36,687 nt of DNA from an uncultured Marinilabiliales bacterium (GTDB lineage: Bacteria; Bacteroidota; Bacteroidia; Bacteroidales; BM520). The notes under the pieces are model-generated. The model worked only from the letters and a program-made list of their open reading frames with translations, was not told the origin of the DNA and ran no database searches. A program made the translations under genes and the position numbers. Below are positions 36,638 to 36,687 of the stretch, piece by piece. The DNA is taken from positions 1 through 36,687 of the forward strand of contig CALFIZ010000055.1 in the NCBI GenBank assembly GCA_937877575.1, read 5' to 3'. Each line of letters starts with the position of its first letter. Positions within the stretch are counted from its first letter, which is position 1.

Positions 36638-36687
36638 AGATCGGAAGAGCACACGTCTGAACTCCAGTCACTAGCTTATCTCGTATG
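36638..36687. other. Illumina TruSeq indexed adapter (sequencing artefact), index TAGCTT
   Basis: Exact string AGATCGGAAGAGCACACGTCTGAACTCCAGTCAC, then TAGCTT (36672-36677), then ATCTCGTATG (the start of ATCTCGTATGCCGTCTTCTGCTTG), at the very end of the window. Confidence 0.97.

Noticed and set aside
36639-36671. ATG start and residues MTGVQTCALPIS of ORF 36144..36671
   Set aside because: They are encoded by the Illumina adapter, not by the organism.
1-36687. Search for CRISPR arrays, tRNA/rRNA genes, transposases/integrases, toxin-antitoxin pairs, restriction-modification or other defence genes, and SusC/SusD PUL markers
   Set aside because: None found. Intergenic gaps are at most ~200 nt, and apart from the DUF349 protein and the body of the dockerin protein every long ORF has at least a family-level housekeeping, envelope or glycosidase assignment (several tentative). 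The three glycosidase-like genes are not accompanied by SusC/SusD genes.

Overview
This is a gene-dense chromosomal segment from a Bacteroidota genome. It is probably an anaerobic Bacteroidales-like organism assembled from Illumina short reads. I support 25 protein-coding genes, two of them cut by the window edges. I see no rRNA, tRNA, CRISPR array, transposase, integrase, phage gene or recognisable defence gene. Plus-strand block (2-20660, interrupted by uvrC-thiL and a LysM glucosaminidase on the minus strand): sprA (T9SS translocon, 5'-truncated), gcvH, a TonB-like protein, a patatin/Omp85-type phospholipase, a DUF349 repeat protein, a T9SS type-B cargo protein, a TM1266-family small regulator, rsmG and a GH89 alpha-N-acetylglucosaminidase. 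Minus-strand array (20647-36637): 12 tightly packed or overlapping genes. In transcription order these are long-form nagB, tilS, dsbD, hldD, a Lys-C-like S1 protease with a T9SS type-A CTD, an orphan histidine kinase, hemW, a GH106-like lipoprotein, a dockerin-bearing secreted repeat protein, a GH3-family adenylating enzyme, a LysE exporter and HdeD/DUF308. The last 50 nt (36638-36687) are an Illumina TruSeq adapter, not biology. I do not see a clear-cut novel system such as a defence island. The more interesting leads are a dockerin module in a T9SS organism, a translationally coupled GH3-LysE-DUF308 module, an orphan hydrogenase-type regulator, an in-frame 60-bp tandem duplication inside the LysE gene, a UvrC lacking its (HhH)2 domain, and a perfect 12-bp hairpin inside a signal-peptide coding region. 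All functional calls come from reading the translations and recalling family motifs. No searches were run.
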